DNA of 61,113 bases, filler included, from Stramenopiles sp. TOSAG23-3 (GCA_900128585.1; 12 parts of 12 records of this genome joined end to end with filler, not necessarily neighbours in it), one strand, 5' to 3'. Positions 20,471 through 30,672 are shown, counted from the whole stretch's first letter. Notes: generated by a model not told the origin, from the letters alone. Program-made: numbers and translations.

Positions 20471-23400
20471 CGAAATGGAGGGCCAAGTGTGCAAATTCTT
20501 TCAACCGTACTGCACTGGCTATGAAATGCCCATATTTATACCTGCCTTCACTTGCGAAATAACCGTCGTTAGCGTTCTCGACGCTTCTTACAGGCTGTAC
20601 GCTGCTGATGGACAGCATCTACCATTTTCGCTTCATCCACCGTTTTCCCAGCTAGAAAAGTTGCTACAGGAAGTAGTCACTGGAATCGTTGATTGCTCGC
20701 AGATGTACCCATCGGTACAGTTTAGCGAAGAAGATGAAATCGTCACGTGTGGGATTCCTGATGCGCAAATGGAAGCTGCTAGGCTAGAAAAGAAGAAAAT
20801 ACTGCGCGAGCAACAACTTGCAGCAGCAATTCAGGCCATGGAGGAAGCGCAAGAGCGAGGGGAAGAGGTCGACCCCGATGATTATTTGATAGAAGAAGAA
20901 AGTGACGATGATAACGAAGATGAGGAGGAGGAAGTGGCAAAGCTAAATGCACCAGTTGTTCCCGGGATTTTTGTCAATAATTCGATTGTTGCGGAAATTC
21001 GTGAAAAGATAACGCGAGTATTCAAGCTCACGGAGCCGGCGGTAAACAAACTCTTGATGAGTTTTGAGGGCTACGCTCCCTTGTTCGCGCCAGGCGTCGA
21101 TGCTAAAATTAAGCGAATGGCGGAAGGCGTGTGCTTTGCAAAGCTTCCGGAGTTTTATCGTACCATCGATTCTTACATGGAAATGCATACAAACATTTGG
21201 AATCACTGTGACCATACGGAATACCTACCACGAGGACTTGTGGAAATCAAGACTTTTAAATTTGTTCGCGTGCTTGCTGCGCGGGCCTTAGAGCTCGGCA
21301 GGGTTCTTTTGGAAGCTGTAAAGCAGCAAGCCTTGAGTTTATGCGAGGAGCTCAGTGTTAAGTACCAACAATTAGTCGATCGATTGCATGAAGAAATGGG
21401 GTCTTCCGACGAAATTTATGAAATGCGTTTGTCTATTGAGAATATAACAAAGGTACAGATCCCCCACCTTAAAGATTCATTCAACGGAGACGAGGGCTTG
21501 ATAAAGTTTGTAGAGCTTTTGATTGAATTTGCATACAAATTTGAGGAAGAAGACCGTTTAGTCTTTCGCAAAGCCTACAGGTGGCCGCAAGAATTGCAAA
21601 CTGAGTTAGGAAAAGCGAATGCAAAGGTGCTTAAGGAGTCTGAAAAATACCTCGGGTTTCTCAAAGTCCAACGAGAGCAAATGGATGGCGATGTTAAAGC
21701 AATTAGCTCGGGACTGAAATCTTTGCAAACGAGGGGAGGGCTGTCGCAGCAAGCAATTATTGAAATGAACGTCAGGATTACTGGCCTTCGCAAAGGCATG
21801 GAAAATGCTCAAAATTTGGCAATAGTCATAAAGAACGAGGAACGAAACCTAGGGCAAAACGACAGCGAGTATGCCGATCAACTAGATACTTTAGACAGTT
21901 TCTTGGAGCCCCTAGAAGCCATGTGGTCTACGCTAGCAAAATACCAAGGCTCATCCCTCCTGTGGTACCACACGCCCATACAGTTTGTCAATAGCAAAGC
22001 CGCCAGGCAAGAAGCCGATGTTATGGTGCGGCAATTTAACAAAATAATGCTGACGGAGGCGGTGGGGCAAGCCCCTCCGTCTTTGATAGCAGGCAAAGGT
22101 GCCGTCAAAGAAATTGAAATTTTTCTTGAAGAACATTTCACACTTCTATCAATGGTTGCCACCCCGGGGCTTACTGAGGAGCATTGGCGGCTGATCTCGA
22201 AAGAAATTGGACTGAAAGTTGAGTTTAGCACAAAAATGACGTTAGACAAGCTCATAAAAATGTACCAGTTGCACCAGAAAACTAGTCTGATGGAGGCTAT
22301 ATGCTTACGTGCACATCAAGAGTGGGACGTACACCTTGCTTTGGATTCTATGGAAGGGGAATGGGACGACTTTAATTGTGATATGCTTCAGCACCCGCTG
22401 TTGCCGCATAAAATGATACACCCCCACTGCGACGAAGACACGGAACTTCTTCTTGATGAGCAGGCTTTAAGAACGAAATCACTGTCTGTCGTGGAGGCAG
22501 CAATCCCCCACATGGAAAGAGTGAAATCCTGGATGAAGACGTTGAAAAAAGCGGACGAAACAATGAGGCTATGGCTGTATGTCCAAGACAAATACTTTCA
22601 CTTGGCAGCCATATTTATTCACGATGAAGTCCGAGTACAGCTTCCAGAGGAGGGCGATATTTTGGACGCGGTGAAACTAATCTGGGATAAGGTGATGGAT
22701 ATGGCAGCCGAAGGGAGCATATTTGACCAGTTAATCAACGACGATTTTTCCCAACTCTTAGAGGATAGCAGGGCATCGATAGAAATAGTACAGGAATCGC
22801 TTATGCAATACTTGACGTCGAAACGAAAAGGTTTCCCTCGATTTTACTTTCTTAGCGATGAAGAAATTATGAAGATGCTTTCAGATTCCAAAGATAGCGA
22901 TTCGATTCAAAAACATTTCAGCAAAGTTTTTGACGGTCTTGTGGGCCTACAGTTCGGTGCAACAGACGCAGATGGGGATGCCTCTAGGTTTATTGACCAG
23001 AGCGATATAATTGCTATGAAAGGAGCGGGCAATGAAAGTATAGGTTTTAAAAAACGGCAGTTTCGTCTTAGAAAAGGCGTTACCAAGCAAATGGCCGCGG
23101 ACTATACTGGGGAGGCCATGTCCTACATAAACCCAGATGTCCAAGTCCTCTCTATCGATATATGGCTAGCTCAAGTCGAAGAGGAAATGGGGAATGTATT
23201 GAAGGAAACTACTGACTTTGCTATCCGTGCTTACAGTCGAATGTCGAAAAAGGCCTGGTTATCCAGATGGCCTCTTCAAGCAGTTCTAGCCGTGAAGCAC
23301 ATATTCTGGACTATGAATGTTGAAAGGTGCATTAACGATGGGTTTCTTGAGAATGCGTACAACACTTTATCGGATCAGCACGAAGAAGACTTGAAAGAGA

Positions 23401-25397
23401 CTGTACGGCTGCTGAGACTGGAAAAGAACATTCGGCAATGGAATTCTTTGAACTCTGTGATCACCATGCAAACCTATCAGCGGGACGTCATCAAGCTGGT
23501 AAGAACTGAAAATGTATCAAATATAACGGACTTTTCTTGGACATCGCATATACGCCATTACTACACCCGTCCGATGAAAATGAATGGGATTCAACAACCA
23601 TCCACTTTGGAGGTTGCTTTGCTTGGCGTGTCAAACAAGTATGGATACGAGTATTTAAAAGCTTCTTCCAGGTTGGTGCTGACACCACTTACATTAAGAT
23701 GCTTTAGAAGTCTCAGTGTCGCTGCCCGAATGAAATATTTTGGAGCCTTGCATGGTCCAGGTGGAGTTGGGAAAACAGAGACCATTAAAGATTATACTCG
23801 TTTGTTGGGAAGAATGTGCTTGGTTCTGAACTGCTCAGATGCGGTTACCCCGGCTCTTACAGGAAGGATTATAAAGGGTGTCGCAGCCTCGGCAGTCGCC
23901 ATTTGCTTCGATGATTTTAACCGGATGTCAATGAGCGTAGTGAGCGTTGTGGCCCAGCAATTAGGAGTGATTCGCCAAGCAACTATCGAAGCTGTAAAAG
24001 AAGAATTTCTCTTTGAAGGCGAGAAGATCCGTATAAATGAAACTTCTTATGTTTTTCTAACAATGAACACAATGGTTTTTGAGAAGCACACCGTTCCCGT
24101 TAGCTTTAAGACTTTGTTTCGAGATATCACTCTGACGCATCCTAATTATGGTACGATATGTGAAGCTGTTTTGACTGCTTCAGGGTTTTATTATAGCCAC
24201 GAGATGGCCAAATTGATCACAAGCACTTATGACCATTGCGCAGAAGTGTTTTGCACGGATAGCACCCACGATTGGAGTTTACGCCCAATGAAGGCAGTTT
24301 TTCGAACGGCAGCAGACGAAATACGTCATTCTGTGCGAGTGTCAGATCTGAAAGTGCAAAAACACGAAGAAAAGAACATGATCTACCATTCCCTAATCCG
24401 AATTCATGAGCCTCAATTCGACCACTTTGAAGAAGTGATTTTTCGAAATATTGTTGATCGTGTGTTTGCCGGTGAAAGCGGGGAAAAATTTAATTTTCAG
24501 AATTATGATGTTTACAAAACATTGCAGGGTTTATGTACCACCCCTGCGTTTCACCTAAACCCCACCAAGGCTTTTGTGAAAAGAGCTGTTGCCCTTTACG
24601 AAACGCTGTACGCAAGAAAAGGCGTCTTGTTGCTTGGAGAGACCCTTGTTGGGAAAACAACGTGCTTGAGGCTTTTGACGGCCGCTTTCCCATTGTTGAG
24701 AAACTTAAAACCTGCTCTTCCCACACATTTCAAAGATTTTGTTGATGCTAGTATTGAAACGTACGCCGTGAGCTCAAAAGCGTACTCAATGGAAAACTTA
24801 TTCGGTCGTTTTCACGAATTCGACAATTCATGGGTTGAAGGCTTTGTAGAAAAGGTTTTGGCGGCATCTGGGACTGGCGGACAGTCAAAATGGCGGTCTT
24901 GGTTGATTTTTGATGGCCCCGTGGACACAGTCTGGATTGAATATTTAAACAGCGCTTTGGACGATACTAGCCGTCTTTCACTGGCAAATGGAAAAAGCGT
25001 AGAAGTTCCACAGAATTTTCGTTTTATTTTTGAAACATCTTCTATTGCCTCCTGTACACCAGCATCAATTAGTAGGTGTGGGACAGTCTTCATGACCCCA
25101 ACGGATGTAGGATGGCAATCCCTGGTCGACTCTTGGCTTAAGAAAATCAGCAGCGAAGAAGAAAATATGACAAAGACAGAGAACAAGCGCAAACTGGTCA
25201 AGTCAAAGACCGGTTTGCCCACAGAGAAGAAAAAATCCAAAAGGCTTGTGAGACGCGAGTCCATTATGACTACCCGCTCTTCTTTGAATTCATTTTCAAA
25301 GAAAAAAAAGTTGCACAACCTGAAAGGTTCCCACTGCAGTCATTTTACTGCTCTGTTTGAGTGGTTGATACCCCCAATTAATCTGCTGTTTGAAATG
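20471..25397 (+). CDS. Axonemal dynein heavy chain, partial (tail end, linker, AAA1, AAA2), divergent
   Basis: KRKGFPRFYFLSDEE, YGYEYL..RLVLTPLT.RC, GPGGVGKTET, HDWSLRPMK, GETLVGKTT, WLIFDGPVDTVWIE..N..LDD, CTPASISRCG. Confidence 0.92.
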
Positions 25398-25476
25398 GAA
25401 GGCAGGTATAAATATGGGCATTTCATAGCCAGTGCAGTACGGTTGAAAGAATTTGCACACTTGGCCCTCCATTTCG
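20471..25476. repeat. Exact 79-bp terminal inverted repeat (20471-20549 / 25398-25476)
   Basis: cgaaatggagggcc...cctgccttc is the exact reverse complement of gaaggcagg...ccatttcg. Confidence 0.95.
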
Positions 25477-25655
25477 NNNNNNNNNNNNNNNNNNNNNNNN
25501 NNNNNNNNNNNNNNNNNNNNTTAATTAATTAANNNNNNNNNNNNNNNNNNNNNNNNNNNNNNNNNNNNNNNNNNNNGCGCAGCGCGCTGCGAAAGAACAA
25601 GCTGAAAGCCAACAAAAAGTCCTTTGAAGGTTCGAAACGAGGGTATGAGCCGACC

Positions 25656-26259
25656 GGTCATTGTAGAGTGTATATGTCCTGTCTGTTGGTACGCTAATCG
25701 CTTTCAATTGTAATTTTGAACCATCCCTGTATTTTGAGAGATATTTCGAATTAGGAACTTTTTCAGCAATTGTTCTATTTCGACGCGTATCTTTTGTTGC
25801 ATAGCACATTGTTTCTACATCAACCATGTCAACCATTTTGCTGGTCATATATTGTTTCATATCACGTAGGACATATCTATCCATTGCGAACAGACGTATA
25901 AATCGGTCAGATCCGTTTTCGTTGTAGTTCAAGATGTCCTGTCCATCGATGCATTCACCAGTTATATAGTTATCGGGTATATTATCATTTGGTATGTTTG
26001 GAACCTGTTTGAATTTGCTATCTTTAAACCATTTAATTGTCGTATTATGTCCTGCATATTCGAAAACTTTACTAGCTAGATATGTAATAAAGCTATCTTT
26101 GCTGTATCCAACTGGCATGCGTATACAACAGTGTGGTCTAATGTTGACTATTTTTGCGGCAACCGATTTCCCATCTAATGTCCTTCCTATTAGAAATACA
26201 TCTTTCTTTTTTTCAACTGTGTCTAGGTGTTGGAATACAACACGTTTGGGTTTGTTCAT
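25656..26259 (-). CDS. Family B DNA polymerase (delta-like), N-terminal fragment
   Basis: VFLIGRTLDGKSVAAKIVNIRPHCCI resembles the PolB-delta N-terminal FGRT.DG.SV...V..F.PYFY; later DILNYN....FIRL and YTLYND. No exonuclease or polymerase motifs present (truncated). Confidence 0.65.
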
Positions 26260-26774
26260 TGTGTTTAAATAATAGAAGTTTTATATATGTATCTTTTTAT
26301 ATATTTTTGTAAACAAAAATATATTGTTTGTCTACAATCCATGTGTGTTTTCGAGATTGGGTTGTTGGACCTACGACCCATTCCATAAAAACCGTATGCT
26401 ATTTCTATGTCATAAAACCCGTTAATGGTATTGCATATACTTAAAAATAGATAGCAAAATCCGTACAGTCGCTAAGTACAAACGACCCCAAAAAAATACA
26501 GGTACACAGGCAATTTTGGGGTTTTTGACAGGTGAATACTATACATAATACAGGTAATAATTGATGACAGCAGGAACACATCAAAGGCTAGCATGGACAC
26601 AGGTAGTTGTAAAACACCTTAGGCCGTATACAGCAGGGAACGAAAAAAAATTAACAGGCACACATAGGGTTTTATTTTTTTTAGTATGCAATACCATTAG
26701 GCATACAGGGAGTTAGTGGGTTAATGATGTGTCTATATGTCCAAAAATAAAAAAAAAACCTAAACACCCAAATC

Positions 26775-26826
26775 GAAAAAGATAGAACGCCGATGTGCGT
26801 ACACACTTCGGCGTTCTATCTTTTTC
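26775..26826. repeat. Hairpin with perfect 19-bp arms
   Basis: gaaaaagatagaacgccga (26775-26793) / tcggcgttctatctttttc (26808-26826), 14-nt partly pairable loop. Confidence 0.92.
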
Positions 26827-26985
26827 AAAATGGAGGAAAATATAAAGGGTGTCTTTTTTTATATAGGAAAAGTGTACCTAGTCTAACGGTTGTACTAAGG
26901 GTGCTGAACTGCCGAAGCGTGTACACGGGGCCCTAATTTTAACTCTACTGGTATATAGGATTTATGGTTGTACTTTTATAATTTT

Positions 26986-28176
26986 TTAATACTGGCGAGT
27001 GTCATCGTCCACAAAATATGCTGGTAAGTTTTTCGCTATCCTGTGGTTTGTACGGTCATAGTACATGTAGATAACACTGATCTTTTCCGCTGGTGGGTCC
27101 ACCTTCACCCGTTTTAATATTTCGATTAAGTGCGTCAATCGGTGTTTAAACACTTCGCTTCGTTTTGTCTGCTGTCCTTTGTATCCGTCTGGGTTTAAAC
27201 GCACCACAACATAGTGTTGGGGGACATTATCCTTAAATTCGTCGTAGATGTCGCTTATCCTACGTTCATCGCAATCGTACGACCCATTCTTCCATAGATG
27301 CTGGTGTTCGTCCAATTCGAAGTGAATATGGACACGGCACAATATATCCAACCATATCGCATCGGGTCTGTACCGAAGGCATGCGTCGCCGTTGATTCGA
27401 GAATCGTGTACCATGAAATGGTCGAATTGTTTTCGGATACCTTTAATGTATTGCGATTCAATTCGTTCCTTACGGAATCCATAGTCATCGCAACAGGTAC
27501 GGCAGACATCTGCACCCTTTACATTTTCGTTTGCAGCCTTTATATGGCGTACTTTACCACATGTTTCGTAACAGATATCGCAATATATGTTGCCGATGTC
27601 GTGGATACATGCGAGATGTCTTTTGATATGGTCTTTCCGTAGTGCCGTATAACTGCAATTGGACTGGGGACATTGGTGCCACACCTGATTTATTCCATGC
27701 TTTGTTGTCAGATGTCTTTTGAGAGCGCCTGTCTGTAGTGATTTATAACTGCAATTGGGTTGAGTGCAGTGGTAAAATACCTGGTTTATTTTATGTGTGC
27801 GGGCGAGGTGGGATTTTATAGAGCCTTTCTGTAATGTTTTATAACTGCAATTGGGTTGAGTGCAGTAGTAAAATACCTGGTTTATTTTATGTTTTGCGGC
27901 GAGATGCATTTTGAGAGCGCCTGTCTGTAGTGATTTATAACTGCAATTGGGTTGGGGGCACGGGTGCCACACCTGACCTATTTGATGTTTGTAGGCGAGG
28001 TGTGATGTTAGATGGGATTTCTGTAGTCCTTTATAACTGCAATTGGGCTGGGGACACTGGTGCCATACTTGGTTTATTTTATGCTTTGCGGCGAGGTGGT
28101 GTGTAAGACGGCATTTCCATCCAAACGTGCGATCGCACTTAGGACAGGAGTGTCTTTTGGTGGTTGATTTCACCAT
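26986..28176 (-). CDS. Six C2H2 zinc fingers + C4 zinc knuckle + PD-(D/E)XK-type endonuclease
   Basis: 32-aa repeats CxQPNCSYxxLxxxxLxxHLxxxH; CDIC...CRTC; YRPD...FELDEHQH...Y.CDERR...VRLNPDGY, a motif I recall from giant-virus endonucleases. Confidence 0.8.
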   Translation of the reverse strand: MVKSTTKRHSCPKCDRTFGWKCRLTHHLAAKHKINQVWHQCPQPNCSYKGLQKSHLTSHLAYKHQIGQVWHPCPQPNCSYKSLQTGALKMHLAAKHKINQVFYYCTQPNCSYKTLQKGSIKSHLARTHKINQVFYHCTQPNCSYKSLQTGALKRHLTTKHGINQVWHQCPQSNCSYTALRKDHIKRHLACIHDIGNIYCDICYETCGKVRHIKAANENVKGADVCRTCCDDYGFRKERIESQYIKGIRKQFDHFMVHDSRINGDACLRYRPDAIWLDILCRVHIHFELDEHQHLWKNGSYDCDERRISDIYDEFKDNVPQHYVVVRLNPDGYKGQQTKRSEVFKHRLTHLIEILKRVKVDPPAEKISVIYMYYDRTNHRIAKNLPAYFVDDDTRQY

Positions 28177-28256
28177 TTGAATCGTTCTTTAGGTAAAGTC
28201 TATCTATATTTATAGACTTGTAACATTTCTGAACTACAATCAAAATAAATACCATA

Positions 28257-28357
28257 CCCACCCTGCCTACGACCACCCTACGACCCCCATAGTGGTACCA
28301 TGGTTATAACACTAATCCACCCTGCCTACGACCCACTCTACGACCCATCGATGGGTC
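28257..28357. promoter_or_regulatory. Duplicated ~40-bp element with four CTACGACC motifs in a divergent intergenic region
   Basis: cccaccctgcctacgaccaccctacgaccccatag and tccaccctgcctacgacccactctacgacccatcg; cctacgaccc recurs at 26370. Confidence 0.55.
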
Positions 28358-28436
28358 TTCGTGTAAGTATCGTCTCCCGTTTCAAAAATAAGTTACAATT
28401 ATTGTATATATATATAATAATAAACAAAATTAAACC

Positions 28437-29936
28437 ATGTGGGGTGTTAAGCTATCTACATTCGACAGACAATTCAATTCGTTGCGATCTGCGCAACAGA
28501 AGTATGCCCGTAGATGCGACACAGAAAAAATGACGCAAGTGTCATTGGAAATGCATGCCTCTGGCTATGGCCGTGCTGCATACGACTATATGTCTACTAT
28601 AATGGTAGAAGACAAGTTCCCCAACGGTGCTAATCTGTTATGGAATCATAAACAAAATTTGAAACACTGGAAAAAAATGTCGTCTACACAACAGGCCGAC
28701 GAAATTGCGCAAATGTGTTACAATTTAACCAACGTGAAATCGGACCGCCATCCAGCCTATCTAGCCCGCGTGGCAATGGAATTGGCAACTGGTGACACAC
28801 CAAACGACAACCCCGAACTGGAAATGGCTCGTAAAGCTGAACGTATAATATTACGAATTGCCAAGAAAAATGAAATGCCAACACCTGAAGACATTTCAAT
28901 TGAAGAAGGTATGCGGCAACTTAAACAATTGGTGTTAACGAATCTGAAACACTGTACGTCCAACAACATGTTATTCGATCACTTTTGCAACAACTGGATA
29001 AAACAAGCAAAGAATACTGCCCGTCTATATATATTCAATTTGATAGGTAGAAACTTCCACAAGTACGATCAGAAGAAACAATTCGCGCATATCTACGCCC
29101 CTGAACTAAGGAAAGTTGACCTGGACGACTTTGTATTTGACAAGCACACGGTAGAAGGAAAGAAGCGAAAACGTGGTGTTGAACATTTCTTGAATGAAGG
29201 TGCTTTAATTAAAAACCCATCGATTGGTATAGAAAACCGTGGGGCAGTGAAGCGGAAAGCTGAAAAGCTGTACGTGCGCATGGAAAAGGAACACGGGACC
29301 CGCAATGCCAATTCAAGGTTCGAACGAAAGCGCCTCCGTGCCACTTTCAACGAACTAAAGACTATACTGGGTGAAGATGTTACCAGTACAACACTTTGTC
29401 AGAAGCCGTGTGGGTCAAAGCCAAAAACACTGTACGTAAGGACGTCATCTGGCAAGGAATGGTTTGTGAAGGGACCCTACAAAGACACCAAATCGATTGA
29501 ATTTCAGGTCGATATCGATACAAGAAAGGAAAGCATTCGTCCAATGTGCATCAAACTAATCCAAGAAGGTCGTCTTTATTACCTGGTAGCGCCTAAAAGA
29601 AAGGGATTTCAAAATATGTCGTCTGGAAAGCTGTACAACGATACTATCTTATGGAATTTGATTAAAGTGTTGATATTTCGCGCTGCTCACAATATATCGG
29701 ACACAAATATGCGTAATGTGATGGTGAACTTCGAAACAAACGAAGTGCTTTCCGTGGACGAAATGACATGCAACCGAACTCCTACCCGTGGAAAACGTCT
29801 GGTGGACTATCTGTTCACGAAAACACCGCAAAAGATGATGTGCGACCAGATAATGGCATTGGTTCGGACGAAGAAAGACCAATTCAATGAAGAAGTGGCA
29901 AGATATGGTGTAATAGCCAAGCATTTGATTGTTTAA
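28437..29936 (+). CDS. Virus-type protein: MgsA/RarA C-terminal-like helical domain plus atypical kinase-like C-terminus
   Basis: LRSAQQKYARR...IMVED, FVFDKHT..G...RG..HF..EGA; C-terminal WFVKGP, SDTNMRNVMV, VLSVDE. Confidence 0.55.
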   Translation: MWGVKLSTFDRQFNSLRSAQQKYARRCDTEKMTQVSLEMHASGYGRAAYDYMSTIMVEDKFPNGANLLWNHKQNLKHWKKMSSTQQADEIAQMCYNLTNVKSDRHPAYLARVAMELATGDTPNDNPELEMARKAERIILRIAKKNEMPTPEDISIEEGMRQLKQLVLTNLKHCTSNNMLFDHFCNNWIKQAKNTARLYIFNLIGRNFHKYDQKKQFAHIYAPELRKVDLDDFVFDKHTVEGKKRKRGVEHFLNEGALIKNPSIGIENRGAVKRKAEKLYVRMEKEHGTRNANSRFERKRLRATFNELKTILGEDVTSTTLCQKPCGSKPKTLYVRTSSGKEWFVKGPYKDTKSIEFQVDIDTRKESIRPMCIKLIQEGRLYYLVAPKRKGFQNMSSGKLYNDTILWNLIKVLIFRAAHNISDTNMRNVMVNFETNEVLSVDEMTCNRTPTRGKRLVDYLFTKTPQKMMCDQIMALVRTKKDQFNEEVARYGVIAKHLIV

Positions 29937-30043
29937 AAAAAGTATTCTAGTGTTAATAAGATCACAAACGCAACCCCAATGATGATGTAGCACCATTTGA
30001 TTCTACATGCCAGCTGTCTGTCGTGTTCGTCTTCATCTATCAT
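29933..30043 (-). CDS. Small 36-aa single-TM protein (MIDEDEHDRQLACRIKWCYIIIGVAFVILLTLEYFF)
   Basis: Hand-translated. Fills the gap between neighbours, its stop overlaps the convergent stop at 29934-29936, and it has one clear hydrophobic helix. Confidence 0.5.
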   Translation of the reverse strand: MIDEDEHDRQLACRIKWCYIIIGVAFVILLTLEYFF

Positions 30044-30070
30044 TTAATATAATAAAAGTGTTATTTATAG

Positions 30071-30572
30071 TTATAGAATAAGAATAGCGCCCCTCTCACT
30101 TTCCAGCACGGCTGTCTTTTCAATGGACTTCATTTGCTGGACAAACCCATCCCATGTCTCTGCCACTGGTTGGTCGTTTATTTTGGCGAGGACGTCACCT
30201 GGCATAATGTTTCTGGCGTGGAATGCGGGTGAACCAACCTTTAAGTCTGCGACAACGATTTTGAATTGATTTTGCATGTGTGGATTCATGTAGGTACCCA
30301 ATTTAAATTGCATGACGTGATGTAGTCTCAATGGTGTAAGCGTGATACCTGCAATGTTGGCAACTTGCCTGGATAGTGGCATGTCTTGCAGTGAATCGAG
30401 TGAGCGGATGTGTGGTTTGAATTGCTGTTTGAGGTAGGTGTAGTCCATGTCCAATGTTTTGAGTTCCTGTCCACGTACCACATTGATCGCAACTTTATCT
30501 CCAAATTTGGTGCGGTGGATGATGTCGTTGATGGGCAGGGATACCTGAAGGTCTGCTCGCCACGATTCGCCG
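30071..30572 (-). CDS. PDZ-domain C-terminus of an HtrA/DegP-like serine protease (5' truncated)
   Basis: IVVADLKVGSPA....IMPGDVLAKINDQPV PDZ motif, preceded by the end of another PDZ (FGDKVAINVVRG). Confidence 0.65.
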
Positions 30573-30672
30573 NNNNNNNNNNNNNNNNNNNNNNNNNNNN
30601 NNNNNNNNNNNNNNNNTTAATTAATTAANNNNNNNNNNNNNNNNNNNNNNNNNNNNNNNNNNNNNNNNNNNN

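Larger units (their letters stand above)
25577..30572. other. Large DNA virus-like contig (Nucleocytoviricota or Mirusviricota)
   Basis: Dense intronless genes, even moderate GC without host-type AT deserts, PolB N-terminus, ZnF-nuclease with ELDEHQH motif, PDZ protease C-terminus. Confidence 0.7.

Noticed and set aside
5721-30572. Apparent defence or mobile island (DNase II, RCC1 array, retroelement, viral genes)
   Set aside because: These are on separate contigs placed together only by length.
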